NCBI GenBank assembly: GCA_030583705.1
Contig: CP129471.1
Coordinates: 50,506 to 114,505, forward strand
DNA length: 64,000 nucleotides
Direction of reading: 5' to 3'
Source of the DNA: Patescibacteria group bacterium
GTDB lineage: Bacteria; Patescibacteriota; Patescibacteriia; Patescibacteriales; Patescibacteriaceae
This document shows positions 27,543-36,747 of the stretch, piece by piece. Position numbers and translations under genes: made by a program. A model generated the notes under the pieces. That model was not told the origin of the DNA. It saw only the letters and a list, made by a program, of their open reading frames with translations, and ran no database searches. Each line of letters opens with the position of its first letter. The first letter of the stretch is position 1.

Positions 27543-27971
27543 CTAGCTTTTTTCGTAGTTAAATTTTTTCCTTTTTAATTTCTTTAGTTTTTTGACCTCA
27601 ACAAATTCTGCTGTTTCATATTTAATTAAGACTCCTTGTGCTAACTTAGCTCCCTTTTTTATACTTATAGATTTATTAGTTGTATTTTTAAATATTAATT
27701 GTATTTCATCGTCATCACCACAAAAGAAGGGATCAATGATACCAACAGAATGAGGCATAACTAAACCTGTATGAGTTGGAGTGCTACTACGTGAAACAAC
27801 TAATAATACATATCCTTTGGGTATAACTAAGGCAACATTGGATGGTATGCTTCGTATTTCATTGGGCTTAATAACTATGTTGGTTCTGCATAAAAAATCA
27901 AAGCCAGCTGCCCTTTTTTCGTATTCTGGGAGTGATATATTTTCATCAAAGCGTTTTATTTTAATTTTCAT
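27543..27971 (-). CDS. dut: dUTP diphosphatase / dCTP deaminase-family protein
   Basis: 'VVSRSSTPTHTGLVMPHSVGIIDPFFCGDDDEIQLIF' matches trimeric dUTPase motifs 3-4. Confidence 0.55.
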   Translation of the reverse strand: MKIKIKRFDENISLPEYEKRAAGFDFLCRTNIVIKPNEIRSIPSNVALVIPKGYVLLVVSRSSTPTHTGLVMPHSVGIIDPFFCGDDDEIQLIFKNTTNKSISIKKGAKLAQGVLIKYETAEFVEVKKLKKLKRKKFNYEKS

Positions 27972-28009
27972 ATATCTTCTACTATTATTTTTTAATGGTG
28001 TAATGAGCC

Positions 28010-28207
28010 TTACTCTTTCTTTTTAGTTATAAACATTACAACTAAGGAAGCAATAAATATTGCGATAAAGGTGTAAAGAACCTTCATGAAGGCTTCTTTA
28101 GCCATTTCATTGGTAATAACCTCCCAAATTGTTAAGATCGCAATGAATAAGGTAACCAAGGAGAATAGGATCAATAAGATCCCTATAAATTGCTTAATTT
28201 TTGACAT
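28010..28207 (-). CDS. small 2-TM membrane protein (65 aa)
   Basis: ORF with hydrophobic helices; promoter-like motif upstream. Confidence 0.3.
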   Translation of the reverse strand: MSKIKQFIGILLILFSLVTLFIAILTIWEVITNEMAKEAFMKVLYTFIAIFIASLVVMFITKKKE

Positions 28208-28388
28208 AGAGTTAAATTAATTATTAATAAATAAATTTTATAGATAACATAAAAACTAACTAAATTTTATCAATATTTAGCTAATTTTACAAGGACATTT
28301 ATATATTTCTTTAAAAACACTAAGTCTCTTCTCTAAATAAAGGAATTATTTATTTTTATTTACAACCAGCTTCTTCATATATTTTCCC

Positions 28389-28916
28389 CTAAAGTGATTC
28401 ACTCCTCTTAATAATTTCTTGTGCTATTTTTCTAAGTGAACGATTTGCATCTATAATGATTACACCTTTTTGTTTTAAATTATTTTCCCATTTGGTTTTC
28501 TGACTAAATATCCATTTTTGAACCTCAGTTGTTCGTCCAAATTCATTTATTTCACGAGCTTTAAGTCTTTCACGAAGTATATTTTGGTTTGTTTTTAATA
28601 AAAATACTTTATTAAATAATGGGAGTAAATCATCTAGATTTGAGGCGGTTCCACAGTAGAATATGATTCCTTCTGAATTTTTACGAATAAGGCTTTGTAG
28701 TCTTTTTTTATTACAGATCCAATCGCTTTGTTTTACATTTTCAAGATTATCATTGTCATAATTTTTAAATGGTTTATTTGTTCCTTTGTGAGTTATGGTA
28801 AATAAACCGTTAATATCTTCAATTCCAAATGCTTTGTGGCCAAGTTTATTTAGTTCGTTACAAATGGTAGATTTACCTGTACCAGCAATACCTGTTATTA
28901 ATATTTGTTTGGCCAT
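28389..28916 (-). CDS. P-loop NTPase / small-molecule kinase (AAA_33-like)
   Basis: Walker A 'GIAGTGKST' at N-terminus; 175 aa kinase-like size. Confidence 0.5.
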   Translation of the reverse strand: MAKQILITGIAGTGKSTICNELNKLGHKAFGIEDINGLFTITHKGTNKPFKNYDNDNLENVKQSDWICNKKRLQSLIRKNSEGIIFYCGTASNLDDLLPLFNKVFLLKTNQNILRERLKAREINEFGRTTEVQKWIFSQKTKWENNLKQKGVIIIDANRSLRKIAQEIIKRSESL

Positions 28917-28971
28917 ATACTATTTATTATTTTAATTTTCATGTTAGGTTTTTTGGTCTTCTGGTTTATTT

Positions 28972-29490
28972 TCAGCGTTGGTCGTTATTAAAATAATAAT
29001 CCAGAACTCCCAGCTGTAGGGTAAATATTTTTTCAGGTGATTTTTCAAATATATTTTTTAGTTCAGATTTCTTAATCCACTTAATATCTTTACATTCTTC
29101 TTGCTGCGCAATCGGTTCTTTATTTTCAACCCTACAAATAAAAACAAATCCAATCCAAGGTTCCCCGCCTTTTATTTGCTGTTGACAACAGAATGGTTGA
29201 AAGGCAAAAGAGCCATCATTTTTTGGAGAATGTGTTTTGGTTTTTATATTAGGAAATATTTCTAAAATTTTTAATCCGGTTTCTTCCAATACCTCTCTAT
29301 AAAGAGCATCATAAACATTTTCGTATTTATCAATCCAACCAGCCGGAATTTCTAAAGTTCCGGAATACTCAGGATCTTTTTCCGGCTTCCATCTGGTTTG
29401 CATCAAAATTTCAGTTTCACCGTTATGCTCTCTTTCTATTATAGCCGAAACAACAGGGAAACAAGTGTTAATTGTATTTATTTCAGTCAT
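28972..29490 (-). CDS. NUDIX hydrolase
   Basis: Nudix box 'ALYREVLEETGLKI'. Confidence 0.7.
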   Translation of the reverse strand: MTEINTINTCFPVVSAIIEREHNGETEILMQTRWKPEKDPEYSGTLEIPAGWIDKYENVYDALYREVLEETGLKILEIFPNIKTKTHSPKNDGSFAFQPFCCQQQIKGGEPWIGFVFICRVENKEPIAQQEECKDIKWIKKSELKNIFEKSPEKIFTLQLGVLDYYFNNDQR

Positions 29491-29623
29491 ATTACTGATT
29501 AGTTAATAGTCTGGTAATTAAATATTTTTTAAGATAGTAGCTAAATTTTATCAATATTTAGCCAATTATGCAAATAAAATAGGCTTGTTTTGCTTCTCTT
29601 GGTTTTTCTGCTACACTGAAGCT

Positions 29624-30697
29624 ATGATTATTTTTTTATACGGTCCGGACGATTTTCGGGCAAGACGAAAAATTATTGAGCTTAAAGCTAAATTTGTAAC
29701 CGAAGTGGATTCGGAGGGTTTAAGCGTTTCTTATTTGGACGGGCAGACTGCTACGCTTGAGGTATTTAACGAAATAATCACCCCCAAGTCTTTATTCTCA
29801 GATAAGCGCTTAGTGGTTATTGATAATTTACTTCGTAATAAGAATAAAGAGTTTATAACTGAAGCAGCAGATTTTTTTATTAAGGAAAAAGATAGTGAAA
29901 ATATTTTGGTTGTATATGAAGAAAGTTTTATTGAGAAAAAAACCGGTGGTAAGGTTTCTATTATGAAACCGGGGGCAGGAGATCGTTTATCTCCTCTTAA
30001 CAAAGCCGAGAAAAAGCTTTTTGATAGCCTTTCCAAAGGACCCTTTGTCCAGCCCTTTATGAAATTATCTGGTAGTGACTTAACTAAGTATCTGGCGGTT
30101 TTAGCTAAAGAACAAAAGGTTTCCTTAACCGTACCGGCCGCTAATCTCTTAGTGCGTTTTTTGGGTGATGATCTTTGGCTTTTATCTAATGAACTCTCTA
30201 AGTTGTCTGCTTATGTCTTGGCTCAATATAATAAAAAAGAGAAACAAAAGGAGAAACAGACTACGGAAAAAAACCCTTCTTCCCCAATTATCTCCGAAGC
30301 TGAAGTTAAAGAACAAACTGGCAAAACTTCTTCTGAAAGTATTTTTTCCCTAACAGATGCTTTAGCTAATCGGCAAAACGCTTTGGCACTAGAGTTTCTT
30401 AACCAACAGTTTAAGGCTGGTGTACATCCCCAGTATTTAGTTACTATGATGCTTTGGCAATTTAAGACCTTAGCGATGGTTAGAGAAGCCCTAGATAACG
30501 GAGTTTCACAAACCGAGCTTAAAAAGGCTTTAAAGCTTCATCCTTATGTTATTGAAAAAAGTATTAACCAGGTAAGGCGCTTTAGTCTATCTGCTATTAA
30601 AAAGGTTATTAACGAATTACTTGAACTTGATCTTAAAAATAAAACCGGCCAAGGAGAACTAAACGTTCTTTTGCCGGTAACGGTAGCTAAGTTTTAG
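29624..30697 (+). CDS. holA: DNA polymerase III delta subunit (ORF opens at 29585; likely start 'MIIFLYGPDD')
   Basis: N-terminal 'IIFLYGPDDFRARRKIIELKAKF' typical HolA start; ~340 aa. Confidence 0.6.
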   Translation: MIIFLYGPDDFRARRKIIELKAKFVTEVDSEGLSVSYLDGQTATLEVFNEIITPKSLFSDKRLVVIDNLLRNKNKEFITEAADFFIKEKDSENILVVYEESFIEKKTGGKVSIMKPGAGDRLSPLNKAEKKLFDSLSKGPFVQPFMKLSGSDLTKYLAVLAKEQKVSLTVPAANLLVRFLGDDLWLLSNELSKLSAYVLAQYNKKEKQKEKQTTEKNPSSPIISEAEVKEQTGKTSSESIFSLTDALANRQNALALEFLNQQFKAGVHPQYLVTMMLWQFKTLAMVREALDNGVSQTELKKALKLHPYVIEKSINQVRRFSLSAIKKVINELLELDLKNKTGQGELNVLLPVTVAKF

Positions 30698-30739
30698 GTA
30701 AGAAAAAGTAGTTAATAAACAGTGGTTAATGATAAAAAA

Positions 30740-30765
30740 ATAAGGGCTAAGCCCTTATTTTTATT
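30740..30765. terminator. bidirectional hairpin terminator (taagggcttagccctta)
   Basis: Inverted repeat between convergent holA and rpsT. Confidence 0.4.
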
Positions 30766-31030
30766 TCTTACCTAAAGCGGCGTTAAGTTTTTTGTGAAGA
30801 CGAGACTTCTTCCTGCCGGCTGTATTCTTTTTGATCAAACCGGTTTTAGCGGCTTTATCTAAAGTCTTGGCGGTTTGTCTTAGAAGCTCTTTAGCTCCTT
30901 CTTCTCCGGCGGCAATGGCCTTTTTGGTTTTCTTGGTTAAAAGATTAATTTTATCTTTTACCTCAAGGTTAGCGGCCGCTCTTTTCAAACCCTTACGCAG
31001 CTCTTTCTTGGCTGATGGTTTATTTGGCAT
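30761..31030 (-). CDS. rpsT: 30S ribosomal protein S20
   Basis: 'MPNKPSAKKELRKGLKRAAANLEVK' and overall Lys/Ala-rich 89 aa matches S20. Confidence 0.8.
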   Translation of the reverse strand: MPNKPSAKKELRKGLKRAAANLEVKDKINLLTKKTKKAIAAGEEGAKELLRQTAKTLDKAAKTGLIKKNTAGRKKSRLHKKLNAALGKK

Positions 31031-31310
31031 ATTATATGATAATAATTAAGCAATACCAGGATTCTAGTATACATAGCAATATTCAGCTGAATATTGAGAC
31101 TTAAGTTAATAAATTTGTCTAAATTTCTATACTTAGCTTATTTTAACTATATTATAGTTAACTTTTTTTGTCAATATTTCTTGGTCTTATATAGTAAGAG
31201 ATAAAGTATTTTTAAGTAATTTACGGACTAATTCTGGGTATTGACAGTATTAAAATTATATGTAATAATGATTAATTCTTTAAAAACCAAAAAAACAAAG
31301 GAGAATCATC

Positions 31311-32690
31311 ATGGACATTTTAGTGTATTTAATTTCTATTTTGCCGTTTATATTGGTAATACTACTTGTTCTTATAGTAGTTCGTCTTGCGGCTAAATAC
31401 CGCGTTGTTGTACCAACCAATATGGTTGACATAGTGCAGTCAAGAAGAAATACCACTTCATATGGCACTGGACAAGAAGGTAAGAATGTGTATTTTGCTT
31501 GGCCAAGCTGGATACCTCGTATAGGTGTCACAGTTATTAAACTTCCTGTTTCAAACTTCGATCTTTCCCTAAAGGACTACGAAGCATATGATAAGGACAG
31601 AGTACCTTTTATGGTTGACGTGACAGCGTTCTTTCGTATTACAGATACAAGAATTGCTGCGCAAAGAGTAAAAAGCGTGGAAGATCTTACTCACCAATTA
31701 CGCTTAATAGTTCAAGGTGCTGTTCGAAAGGTTCTTGCTTCGGACGTTATTGATGAAGTTATGACACAGCGTTCAAAATTTGGCGAACAGTTTACTGCAG
31801 AAGTTAAGGATCAGCTTGTAGAATGGGGAGTTGAATCAGTAAAATTCATGGAATTAATGGATATACGTGACTCCCATGAAAGTAGAGTTATCGCTAATAT
31901 TATGGCAAAAAAAATATCTCATGTTGAGATGGAGAGCCGTCAAGAAGTAGCGAAAAACAACAAGCAAGCTAGAACTGCAGAAATTGAAGCCGAACAGGTT
32001 GTGGACATAAGGAAGCAGGAAGCAGAACAGGCTGTTGGAGAAAGAACAGCTGATAAAGATAAGGCGGTTGGGATTGCTAAAGAAACTTCTAAGCAAGAAG
32101 TTTTATCGGCAGAAAAAGTTACCAAAGAAAAGGAGATGCAAGTCAAGAAAGTTGATGAAGTGCAATCTGCAGAGATTAAGAAGGAGAGAGAAATTGTTGC
32201 TGCTGAAGAAGACAAGAAGACAAATGTGATTAGAGCTGAAGGACAACTTGAAGCTAAGCGTCATGAAGCTTCCGGTATTCAAGCTGAGGGTACGGCCAGA
32301 GCTGAATCTGAAAAATTAATGCAACTTGCTTCAGTTGAAGCCATGATTACGTTGGCGAAAGAAATTGGTGCTAACCCCAATTATCAAACCTACCTTGCTA
32401 CCCTCGAAGCAATTAAAGCCTACATAGCTGTTGGTAGTAAGCAGGCAGAGGCTTTAAAAAATGCTGACGTTAAAGTCATATCAAATGCAGGTAAGCCAAC
32501 TGAAGGTTTTAAGGGTGTTATGGATATTTTTTCAAGCCAGGGAGGAGCAGAGCTTGGAGCCATGGTTGAGGCTTTTGCTCAAACACCAACAGGAGAAAAA
32601 TTCCTTCATAAGTTAGGTGTTGATATGCCAAAACAACCGGTGAGTCAAGAAGAAAAAGATGTTAAAGTTGTTAAAAATTCAACAGAATAA
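31311..32690 (+). CDS. flotillin-like SPFH/Band-7 domain protein
   Basis: N-terminal TM, SPFH region 'NVYFAWPSWIPRIGVTVIKLPVS', long Glu/Ala/Lys coiled coil (flotillin repeats), GGAGG-type RBS upstream. Confidence 0.7.
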   Translation: MDILVYLISILPFILVILLVLIVVRLAAKYRVVVPTNMVDIVQSRRNTTSYGTGQEGKNVYFAWPSWIPRIGVTVIKLPVSNFDLSLKDYEAYDKDRVPFMVDVTAFFRITDTRIAAQRVKSVEDLTHQLRLIVQGAVRKVLASDVIDEVMTQRSKFGEQFTAEVKDQLVEWGVESVKFMELMDIRDSHESRVIANIMAKKISHVEMESRQEVAKNNKQARTAEIEAEQVVDIRKQEAEQAVGERTADKDKAVGIAKETSKQEVLSAEKVTKEKEMQVKKVDEVQSAEIKKEREIVAAEEDKKTNVIRAEGQLEAKRHEASGIQAEGTARAESEKLMQLASVEAMITLAKEIGANPNYQTYLATLEAIKAYIAVGSKQAEALKNADVKVISNAGKPTEGFKGVMDIFSSQGGAELGAMVEAFAQTPTGEKFLHKLGVDMPKQPVSQEEKDVKVVKNSTE

Positions 32691-32764
32691 ATAGCAATTT
32701 TTTAATTTTAAATAAGTATAAAATAAACCATTTGACACGATAAGTACGTCAAATGGTTTTTTAT

Positions 32765-33298
32765 TTATAAAAGTTTAAGATAATCCAGCCCAAGATAGCC
32801 AACTTCAACATCTGTCATTTTTCCACTTCGTAGAAGTTCTCTGAATTCCTTAAGAGGCATTATAGTAACTTCGGCAAATTCTTGGTCGTCCAGTGTTTGT
32901 TCCTCAGTTTTTTTACAATCTCTAACCACAACACAATACCGGCGCCTGGTGGAATAAGCGCAGTCTAATACTTCCGTCACTAGTTCGGCTTGGCCTGTAT
33001 AACCGGTTTCTTCTTTTAGTTCCCTTAGAGCCGCTTCCTCGGGTGTTTCTCCTTCATCCATACCTCCTCCGGGCAGTTCGTTGAGAATTTCCTTGGGCCC
33101 TGGTCTGAATTGTTTAGCGAGAATAATCTTTTGATCTTCAGTTACTGCTACAATAGCAACGGCTTGACCTTCTTTTTTAATATAAAAATCAACTTCTTGT
33201 TCATTAGGCATTTTAAAGATAACTTTTTCAATTTCTTTACCATACTTACTTTTAAAAACAGTTTCCCGAGAGATTTCTTCCCATTCTTTAATTTCCAT
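32765..33298 (-). CDS. NUDIX hydrolase (ADP-ribose pyrophosphatase-like)
   Basis: Nudix box 'GGGMDEGETPEEAALRELKEETGY'. Confidence 0.7.
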   Translation of the reverse strand: MEIKEWEEISRETVFKSKYGKEIEKVIFKMPNEQEVDFYIKKEGQAVAIVAVTEDQKIILAKQFRPGPKEILNELPGGGMDEGETPEEAALRELKEETGYTGQAELVTEVLDCAYSTRRRYCVVVRDCKKTEEQTLDDQEFAEVTIMPLKEFRELLRSGKMTDVEVGYLGLDYLKLL

Positions 33299-33402
33299 AT
33301 AATTGTATTTATTATTATTCTTCTAATAGTAGTTAATAAGTATGCTTTTGTAAAGATTGACAAAGCCGTAAATTAAGACTATGATTTAAGTAGTTTTAAG
33401 AC

Positions 33403-33630
33403 TTGTTTAATTCTAAACCTATGGAACCGATAGTGCAAGAAATATTTGAACTAGTAATGATTAAGCTCCGTGAACAGGCAGCTTATACTCGTGATGCTTA
33501 TAAAGAAGTTGTTATTGAAACCATTGATTATTTTACTGAACGCGGTAAGATCTCTGATGACGATAATCTGGAATTTATTGAAGATCAATTAATGGAGATG
33601 TGGGAAAGAGTGGAAGCTAATTTGGATTAA
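33403..33630 (+). CDS. hypothetical small acidic protein (75 aa)
   Basis: ORF only. Confidence 0.3.
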   Translation: MFNSKPMEPIVQEIFELVMIKLREQAAYTRDAYKEVVIETIDYFTERGKISDDDNLEFIEDQLMEMWERVEANLD

Positions 33631-33649
33631 GTATTTTATTTTAAAAATA

Positions 33650-33677
33650 AAAAACGACCAAAAGGTCGTTTTTTTGT
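33650..33677. terminator. bidirectional hairpin terminator (aacgacc aaaa ggtcgtt + T7)
   Basis: Seen directly between convergent genes. Confidence 0.45.
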
Positions 33678-33704
33678 TTGCTTGTATTTATGTTATTTCT
33701 GATT

Positions 33705-35516
33705 CTATTTAATACCCAGATCTTTCTTTCTTTGTACTAATTTATCTAGTATCCCTTTACGGATGCGGATGTTAAGTGGTGTTACTTCTACTAGCTCATC
33801 GTCTGAGATGTATTCTAGACTTTCTTCAAGATCCATGGTTTTTGGTGCTTTAAAGTGTTCGCTTACACCGTCTCCTTTGGAGCGCATATTGGTTAGCTGT
33901 TTGGCTTTACAAACATTAATCTCTAAATCTCCGCTTCTTGAATGTTGTCCCACTACTTGTCCTTTATAGACAGGGATACCTGGTCCAAAGAAAAGTATGC
34001 CTCTGTCTTGGATGTTGAGTAGACCATAGAGGTTGGTAGTACCGTTTTCAAAAGCCACTAAAGAACCTCTTTCTCTTTCCGGCCAAGGAGCAGAATCTTG
34101 TTCGTATTTAAGAAAACTGGCGTTAATAATTCCCAAACCTCTGGTGTCGGATAAAAACTCTGAGCGATAGCCGAAAAGACCTCTGGTTGGGATAGTGAAT
34201 TCCAAGAAAGTAATATTATTCTCCGTACGCATATCTTTCATTTCGCCATGACGACTGCCCAGTTTTTGAATTACCGAGCCGGCATATTCTTCAGGTACTT
34301 CCACTAAGACTTGTTCAAAAGGTACCAGGGTTTTATTATCTTGTTTCTTCACAATTACTTGCGGACGTGAAACTTGGAATTCAAAACCTTCTCTACGTAA
34401 TCTTTCGATTAGGATAGCTAAGTGCAATTCTCCTCTACCGGAAACTGTCCAGCCTTCTCCACTTTTTTCATCAACTCGCAAGGCCATATCGTTCTCCAAC
34501 TCTTTCATTAATCTTTCTTGGATTTGTCTTGAGGTACTGAACTTACCTTCTTTACCAGCAAAGGGTGAGTCATTAACGGAAAAAACCATTTGAACAGTTG
34601 GTTCCTCAATAGTTAAAACCGGTAAGGCTTGGGGATTGTCTGCATCGGCAATAGTTTCCCCGATCATAATGTCTTCCATCCCTGAAATAGCTACGATGTC
34701 GCCAGCCAAAGCTTCGGTAGCGTCGTTTCTTTCAAGACCCTGGTAGGTCATTAAAGAAACCAGACGATGGAAACTTGTCTTACCCTCTCTATTTATTCTG
34801 GCGATTTTTTGTCCGGCCTTAAGGGTACCGTTATATATTCTGCCGGTAGCTACTCTGCCTTTAAAAGCATCGCCGGTAATGGCGGTGATTAAAAGTTGAA
34901 GCGGAGCATCTGGTTGAACTTTTGGTGCGGGAATATTTTTTAAGATAGTTTCAAAAATCGGTGTAATGTCCTTCATCTCGGCTAGATTATCGTCATTGCC
35001 AGCCAAACCGTTTTTGGCGGAAGCATAGACAATGGGGAAGTCAATAATCTCATCCGAGGCTCCTAGCTCAACAAAAAGATCAAAGGTTTTATTTAAGGCA
35101 TAATCAACACGAGCACCAGGTTTATCTATCTTATTAACCACTACGATAATTCGCAGGTTAAGTTCCAAAGCTTTTTTTAAAACAAAACGAGTTTGTGGCA
35201 TAGGGCCTTCTTTGGCGTCAATTAACAAAAGACAGCCGTCTGCCATTTTTAAGACACGTTCAACTTCACCACCAAAGTCAGCGTGACCAGGGGTGTCAAT
35301 AATATTTATCTTAGTTTCTTTGTAGATAACTGAAGCGTTTTTAGAAAAAATGGTAATACCACGTTCTTTTTCCAATTCATTGGAATCCATGATCAGTTCA
35401 CGATCTGCAGTTTCCTTATTAAGACGAGTCTCGGACTGTTTTAATAAAGCATCCACCAAGGTGGTCTTACCGTGGTCTACGTGAGCGATAATGGCGATAT
35501 TGCGAATAGAGTTCAT
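33705..35516 (-). CDS. typA: translational GTPase TypA/BipA
   Basis: '[19 protein letters not shown]', '[14 protein letters not shown]', 603 aa. Confidence 0.9.
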   Translation of the reverse strand: MNSIRNIAIIAHVDHGKTTLVDALLKQSETRLNKETADRELIMDSNELEKERGITIFSKNASVIYKETKINIIDTPGHADFGGEVERVLKMADGCLLLIDAKEGPMPQTRFVLKKALELNLRIIVVVNKIDKPGARVDYALNKTFDLFVELGASDEIIDFPIVYASAKNGLAGNDDNLAEMKDITPIFETILKNIPAPKVQPDAPLQLLITAITGDAFKGRVATGRIYNGTLKAGQKIARINREGKTSFHRLVSLMTYQGLERNDATEALAGDIVAISGMEDIMIGETIADADNPQALPVLTIEEPTVQMVFSVNDSPFAGKEGKFSTSRQIQERLMKELENDMALRVDEKSGEGWTVSGRGELHLAILIERLRREGFEFQVSRPQVIVKKQDNKTLVPFEQVLVEVPEEYAGSVIQKLGSRHGEMKDMRTENNITFLEFTIPTRGLFGYRSEFLSDTRGLGIINASFLKYEQDSAPWPERERGSLVAFENGTTNLYGLLNIQDRGILFFGPGIPVYKGQVVGQHSRSGDLEINVCKAKQLTNMRSKGDGVSEHFKAPKTMDLEESLEYISDDELVEVTPLNIRIRKGILDKLVQRKKDLGIK

Positions 35517-35656
35517 AGGATTAAAAAAGACTTAAACAAAACATATAAAAAAGCCGCTTTTAAGCGACAGAAGATTTAATGCTTAATATACTTATTACTT
35601 TAATTATAGCTTATATTTTAGGGGTTGTCAATGTTATTTGCTATTGACTTTTTTAA

Positions 35657-35872
35657 GTGTTTTATAGTAGTATGATTTTAAATCAAAAAGGAGTTATTTT
35701 GAATTTATTATCAGTTCTTTATTTAGTTCTTTATCAACCCCAACTTGATCCTGGCGTTGACGGTGACATTCAACTTTGCGGATTGATTTTTTTGGTAATA
35801 GCTGCTTTGTTGGTAATGGTGGCTTTTGCAGGAAGCTCAGATGATGGTGGCTCAGATGGATGGGGTGATTAA
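35657..35872 (+). CDS. hypothetical small membrane protein (71 aa)
   Basis: ORF with two hydrophobic segments; weak. Confidence 0.2.
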   Translation: MFYSSMILNQKGVILNLLSVLYLVLYQPQLDPGVDGDIQLCGLIFLVIAALLVMVAFAGSSDDGGSDGWGD

Positions 35873-35924
35873 TTTATTAAATTTAATGAAGATGAAGGCA
35901 GCGCATTCTTATGAGTTGCCTTTT

Positions 35925-36692
35925 TTATTTCCCCAAAATAAACGCTAACAAAATAAGTCCCATTGCTATTCTGTACCAACCAAAGACGGTAAAGTCATGT
36001 TTTTGTATGTAGTTTAATAGGAATTTAATAGCTATAATAGCTGTTATAAAGGCGGTAATTGCCCCCACGGCTATCATTAACCATTCATTGGAGGAAAAAC
36101 TGAAATCACTTTTATAAAGATCTAAAAAGGTTGCACCCGCCATAGTTGGGACGGCTAAAAGAAAAGAAAACTCCACTATGGTTTTTCTGTTTATTCCTAA
36201 AAGTAACCCTCCGATAATCGTAGCCCCTGATCTTGAAACTCCGGGAATAATCGCCAAGGCTTGAAAAAGACCTATCCCAATAGCAGTTTTAGGTTTAATT
36301 TCATCGTTATCTTTTTTTCTTTTAAGATGCCATTTTTCAAAAACTATAAGAGCTAGACCTCCGATAATTAAAGCCCAAGCCACTACGGTTAGGTTTTCTA
36401 AAAAGACATTTTTAATAATCGGGTAAGCCGCTAATCCGATAAGGGCGGTTGGTATAAAAGCGGTTAAGACTCTTAGGTTGGTTTTTTTATCTTTTAAAAA
36501 TCTTTTACCATATAAAAACAAAACCGCCAAGATAGCGCCTAACTGGATATAGACCGTAAAGCTTTTAACAAAGTCGGTCATGGTTAAACCCAGGATCTCG
36601 GAAGTTATCATTAAATGCCCAGTTGAAGAAATAGGTAAGAACTCGGTAAAGCCCTCAACAATTCCCAAAATAATAGCTTCAAATAGTGTCAT
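35925..36692 (-). CDS. uppP: undecaprenyl-diphosphatase
   Basis: 'GIVEGFTEFLPISSTGHL' BacA/UppP signature. Confidence 0.85.
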   Translation of the reverse strand: MTLFEAIILGIVEGFTEFLPISSTGHLMITSEILGLTMTDFVKSFTVYIQLGAILAVLFLYGKRFLKDKKTNLRVLTAFIPTALIGLAAYPIIKNVFLENLTVVAWALIIGGLALIVFEKWHLKRKKDNDEIKPKTAIGIGLFQALAIIPGVSRSGATIIGGLLLGINRKTIVEFSFLLAVPTMAGATFLDLYKSDFSFSSNEWLMIAVGAITAFITAIIAIKFLLNYIQKHDFTVFGWYRIAMGLILLAFILGK

Positions 36693-36747
36693 ATTTTTCT
36701 TCTTAGGTATTTATGTTATACTAGCAGTATAACAATTATTAAACAAT

